Assembly: GCA_964016885.1 (NCBI GenBank)
Contig: OZ024759.1
Location: 33,728,001 to 33,792,000 of the forward strand
Origin: Eledone cirrhosa
Lineage: Eukaryota
Length of the DNA stretch: 64,000 bases
Reading direction: 5' to 3'
The notes under the pieces were generated by a model. It saw only the letters and a list, made by a program, of their open reading frames with translations, made no database searches and had not been told where the DNA came from. A program made the translations under genes and the position numbers. The first letter of the stretch is position 1; each line of letters starts with the position of its first letter. This document shows, piece by piece, positions 60,140 through 64,000 of the stretch.

Positions 60140-60378
60140 CACATACTAACTACACATATGTTGTTACACACTAGAATTTCTAACTACACAGTAATATTTG
60201 TTACACACTACACATTCTAACTACACAGTAATATTTGTTACACACAACAGTTCCTAACTACACAATAATAGTTGCTACACAGTACAGTTTCTAACTACAC
60301 GGTAATGTTTGTTATACACTACATATTCTAACTACACAGTAATATGTGTTACACACAACAGTTCCTAACTACACACAT
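60140..60378. repeat. 37-bp minisatellite, about 6.5 copies
   Basis: ctaactacac at 60180, 60217, 60254, 60291, 60328 and 60365. Confidence 0.9.
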
Positions 60379-61659
60379 AAGCAGGAGGCATTCTTGATAA
60401 ATTGCTTCTCTATGCATAACTATTGTGTTTGGCCCTACGTTCATAATAGCAGAATGCTGTTGAGTGCAAAACACTGGAACAGTATTACATATAGAAAACT
60501 TTGCATTCAGCCAGCCGTAGAGATCACTGGCGCAGAAACAGGCCTATGTGCTTGAAAAGCTGTCGGAGAAAGATTAGGAAAAAGAGCAAAGATGGTCATC
60601 GTTAAATTGGTGATGTTTGGTTGGTAGGGAGGGGAGAGTGAGAGATAGATGGAATGGGTGGAGAGAGAGTGAGAGAAAGAGAGTAAAATAGGGAGAAGAG
60701 AGTGAGAGATAGGGAGGGAGGTGGAGAGAGAGAGATAGAGGGAGGGAGAGGGAGAGAGATGAGGATAGGGGGAGAAGAGATGTGTGTGAAAGTGAGAGTG
60801 GGTATATGGAGATTGAGTTTGAGAAAGGAAGAGGAAGGGCGAGTGCGAGAGAGGGAAAGAGAGATAGACGGATGGATAGATGGAGAGTGGGTGTGTGAGC
60901 GCTTGAGGGAGAGAGATCGAGAGAGAGAGAGGTAGAGTGTGGTGGATAGATGGAGAGTGGTTGTGTGAGAGGGAGGGAGAGGTGGAGTGTTGAGCGAGGT
61001 AGAGAGTGAGTGTCAATAAGGCTAGGGTGGTATGAGACAAAGAGAGAAAGAGGTGTTTTGCGAGTTTGCGAGTGCGGCAAGAGATAGATGAGAGTGAGAG
61101 AGAGACAGTCGCGAGCGAGGCGGGAAAGGGCGTGAAAGGGAGAGAGGGACTGTGATAGAGAAAGGAAAGCGAGAGAGAGAGAGAGTGGATTCGATAGATG
61201 GAGGATGGTTGAGAGAGAGAGGGGTGAGTCGTGAACGAGAGGGAACTGTAAGAGAGAGGGGCGAAGGTGAGTGAGGGAGAGAGACAGAGAGATAGAAAGA
61301 GACATAAGGCACTCCTTATGAAGGAGAGATAGAATGCATGGCTCGGCTATTACAGTAGTAGTGGGAGCATTCATGATGATGACAGTAATGATGGTGATGA
61401 TAATGATGGCAAGCGCCGTAAGGGGAAAGGATTGAGTTACCGAATCTGTAGAAATCTAAATTCTTCTAGTTATCGTTATTGTTGTTGATGTTAATGTTTA
61501 TGTTAATGTTGCTGGTTAACCCTAATCCAGTTCTGATAATTCAGTAGGCCTGTCATATGCATTATGTCCAACTATGAGGGTTTCCTTTTTCCTATATGTG
61601 CAAGGACCAAAACCATGACCAAAGTTTCCTACGGGTTCCGTTTAAAGATAGCAGGGTTG

Positions 61660-62072
61660 TGATTTTAGGGAAATTGTGCTTCGTTTTCAAGTCGATAGAG
61701 TGACCACATAGAAGCTAATTGTGCTCTCATTCTAGCAGACAGAAATACTACATATAGGCACATTGTACTATTCTTTCTAGCAGAGAGAAAGACCATATAT
61801 AGGCACATTTTGCTTGCTTCTATTTCTAGCAGACAGTGTGACCACATATAATAGGATTGTGTTTCTCTTTCTAGAAGAAAGAGTGACCGCATATAATCAG
61901 ATTGTGGTTCTCTTTCTAGCAGACAGAACGATCATATATAGGCAGACTGTGGTTCTCTTTCTAGCAGACAGAATGACCACATACTGGCAGATACTGCTTC
62001 TCTTTCTAGCAGACAGAGTGACCACATAATGGCAGATACTGCTCTCCTTCTTGCAGACAGAGTGACCACATA
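61660..62072. repeat. 45-bp tandem repeat, about 9 copies
   Basis: tctag(c/a)aga at 61870, 61915, 61960 and 62005, among others. Confidence 0.9.
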
Positions 62073-63017
62073 TTACCATTATCGTTTGTAATAGGGTGTT
62101 ATGTAATCAGTCGTAGATGTGATGGCAATAGTGAATGTTATGATGGCGGTGGCAGAGGGAAGTAGTACGTAGTGATGATGGTGTTGTTCACGTTGTTGTT
62201 GTCGTTGACGGTGATGGTGGTGTTGGTGGTGGTGTTGGCTGTGTTTATAGTGATGGCAATGAAGAGCACTGAACAGAGACAAGCGGAGAAAGGTAGGAGA
62301 CGGGGGGAGTGGTGTAAGAGGTTATGCTAAAGGGCGACCGTGTGTTCCAAGGAAGAAACTGTGATTATAGTGTTGATGATGATGATGATTCTACTTTTAA
62401 GACGGAAATGTAGTAGTAGTGGTGGTGGCGGTGGCGGTGGTGTAGGCATTAGTTGCGGTGGTGGTGGTGGTCTGGGCAGGTGTAGTGGTTTTAGTGGTGG
62501 TGGTGGTGGGTAGTAGTGCTTTTGGTGGTGGTGGGGTGGATAATAGTGATTTTGGTAGTGGTTGTGTGGGCAGTAATGATTTTGGTAGTGGTAGTGGTGG
62601 GAGGTAGTGGTGGGTAGTAGTGGTTTCTGTGGTGGTGGTGGTTTGGTTTTGGTGGTCATCGTGGGAGTAGCAGTAGTAGTGGTATTGCAGGTGGTTGTTG
62701 TATGTTTAGAGCGGCGTGGTGCCGGGTAGCGAGTGCGTCGGTAGAGCAGGTACGTTATGGACGTGGTAGTGGTGTAAAAACTTCTGGTTACACGAACGAA
62801 GAAAGTTTACAAATTCTCGTAAAATCTCACGCCGTCGATGTTTTCCGTTGTAATTGTTCCCATAATGGCGGCCAACTGACAAAGTAGCCAGCTTACGGGT
62901 CAGTTCATTATTTCATTTGAGGTCATATCCACTGATTCACTGACCGTCTTCGGTTAAATATAATCTCCAAGAAGCCCAAACCTCATTCTCTACATCACTT
63001 GTTCTCTCGCCTTCATA

Positions 63018-63103
<86 letters not shown>

Positions 63104-63420
63104 ATCTATCTATATATCTCTCTTTCTCTCTCACCCCCATAGTCCCTCTCTCTCATGCTCTTTCACTTAGTATCACTGCATTGTTATCTATCTTCTTTCT
63201 TTCAATACCCTATCTCTATATATATTCCCCATTCTCTCCAGCTATCTCCCTCTCGGTCTTTCTCAATCTCTGCATTTTCTCTCATCCTGTAACTTACAAA
63301 CGCACAGATATGCCCACATATGTTACATACATACCTACCTACATACATACACCCACACATACATAGACGGCTTCTTACATTAAAACACACATATGCCTAC
63401 ATGTCTCTCTATATCTGTCT

Positions 63421-63456
<36 letters not shown>

Positions 63457-63692
63457 GATAAAGTATGATCTCGACGGCAGAGCTCAAGCCGTTTCGACGG
63501 CTATTTCTACATTTAAGTAAGTGCCATACTAAGAGTGAGAAATGAAATTTCGTTTTCATTTTGTTTCAATTTATCGTTTTCGGTATGCCTGACCGATTTA
63601 ACTCACTCAATATGCAAATTAGGCTGCTCAGCCGTTAATTTTCATAAGGAAAGTATATACTTTCGAACGTTCAACTATCTGGCAGATGGGTA

Positions 63693-63737
63693 AACGGTGC
63701 TGATGATAGCTAACAAGCTTGAAACTAGTACATCGTT
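63693..63737 (+). ncRNA. minimal type I hammerhead ribozyme
   Basis: aacggtg-CTGATGA(63700-06)-t-agct/aaca/agct-t-GAAA(63721-24)-CTAG-TA-catcgtt. Helix I is 7 bp, helix III is the ACTAGT palindrome, and the GUA site follows 63730. Confidence 0.75.
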
Positions 63738-63891
63738 CCTGTGTCAGTGTTGAACAAAAAGGTGACGTGGTTGCCTTAACACCGTATGGCATAAATTCAG
63801 GCTGTTCAGTTTGTTTACAAACGAACAAAGCGACGTTAGCGCCGCTAAACTGATACGTGCATATATGTATGTGTACCTGTATGCATATGTA

Positions 63892-63922
<31 letters not shown>

Positions 63923-64000
63923 GTGCATGCTACTGTACGTCTGTATACATATATGTATGTACGTATACATGCATACTTACATTTAAGTAAGTGCCATACT

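Noticed and set aside
60380-60600. Possible CRE-like RLE C-terminal remnant (QP.AVE.TG)
   Set aside because: Too degraded to support by eye.

Overview
Animal, AT-rich and extremely microsatellite-dense DNA, with (TA)n, (CA)n, (GA)n, (TAA)n and (TAG)n throughout. The repeat content, including Deu/Nin-domain and CORE-type tRNA SINEs, suggests an octopus or other coleoid cephalopod intron or intergenic region; this is an inference. No host protein-coding gene could be supported, and nearly all listed ORFs are microsatellite artefacts. Coding remnants are non-LTR retrotransposon 3' fragments (RTE, R4/Dong-like RLE, CR1-like, L1/Tx1-like, Ingi/Vingi-like). The most notable signal is a set of short non-coding elements embedded in (TA)n tracts that carry type I hammerhead ribozymes with a minimal, palindromic helix III. 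There are three apparently intact motifs (3501-3585 +, 31585-31669 -, 63693-63737 +), several degenerate ones, and fold-back copies whose symmetry centre lies at the ribozyme core. This resembles a multi-family Penelope-like or retrozyme system. All structures were derived by manual reading, and coordinates of degraded elements are approximate.
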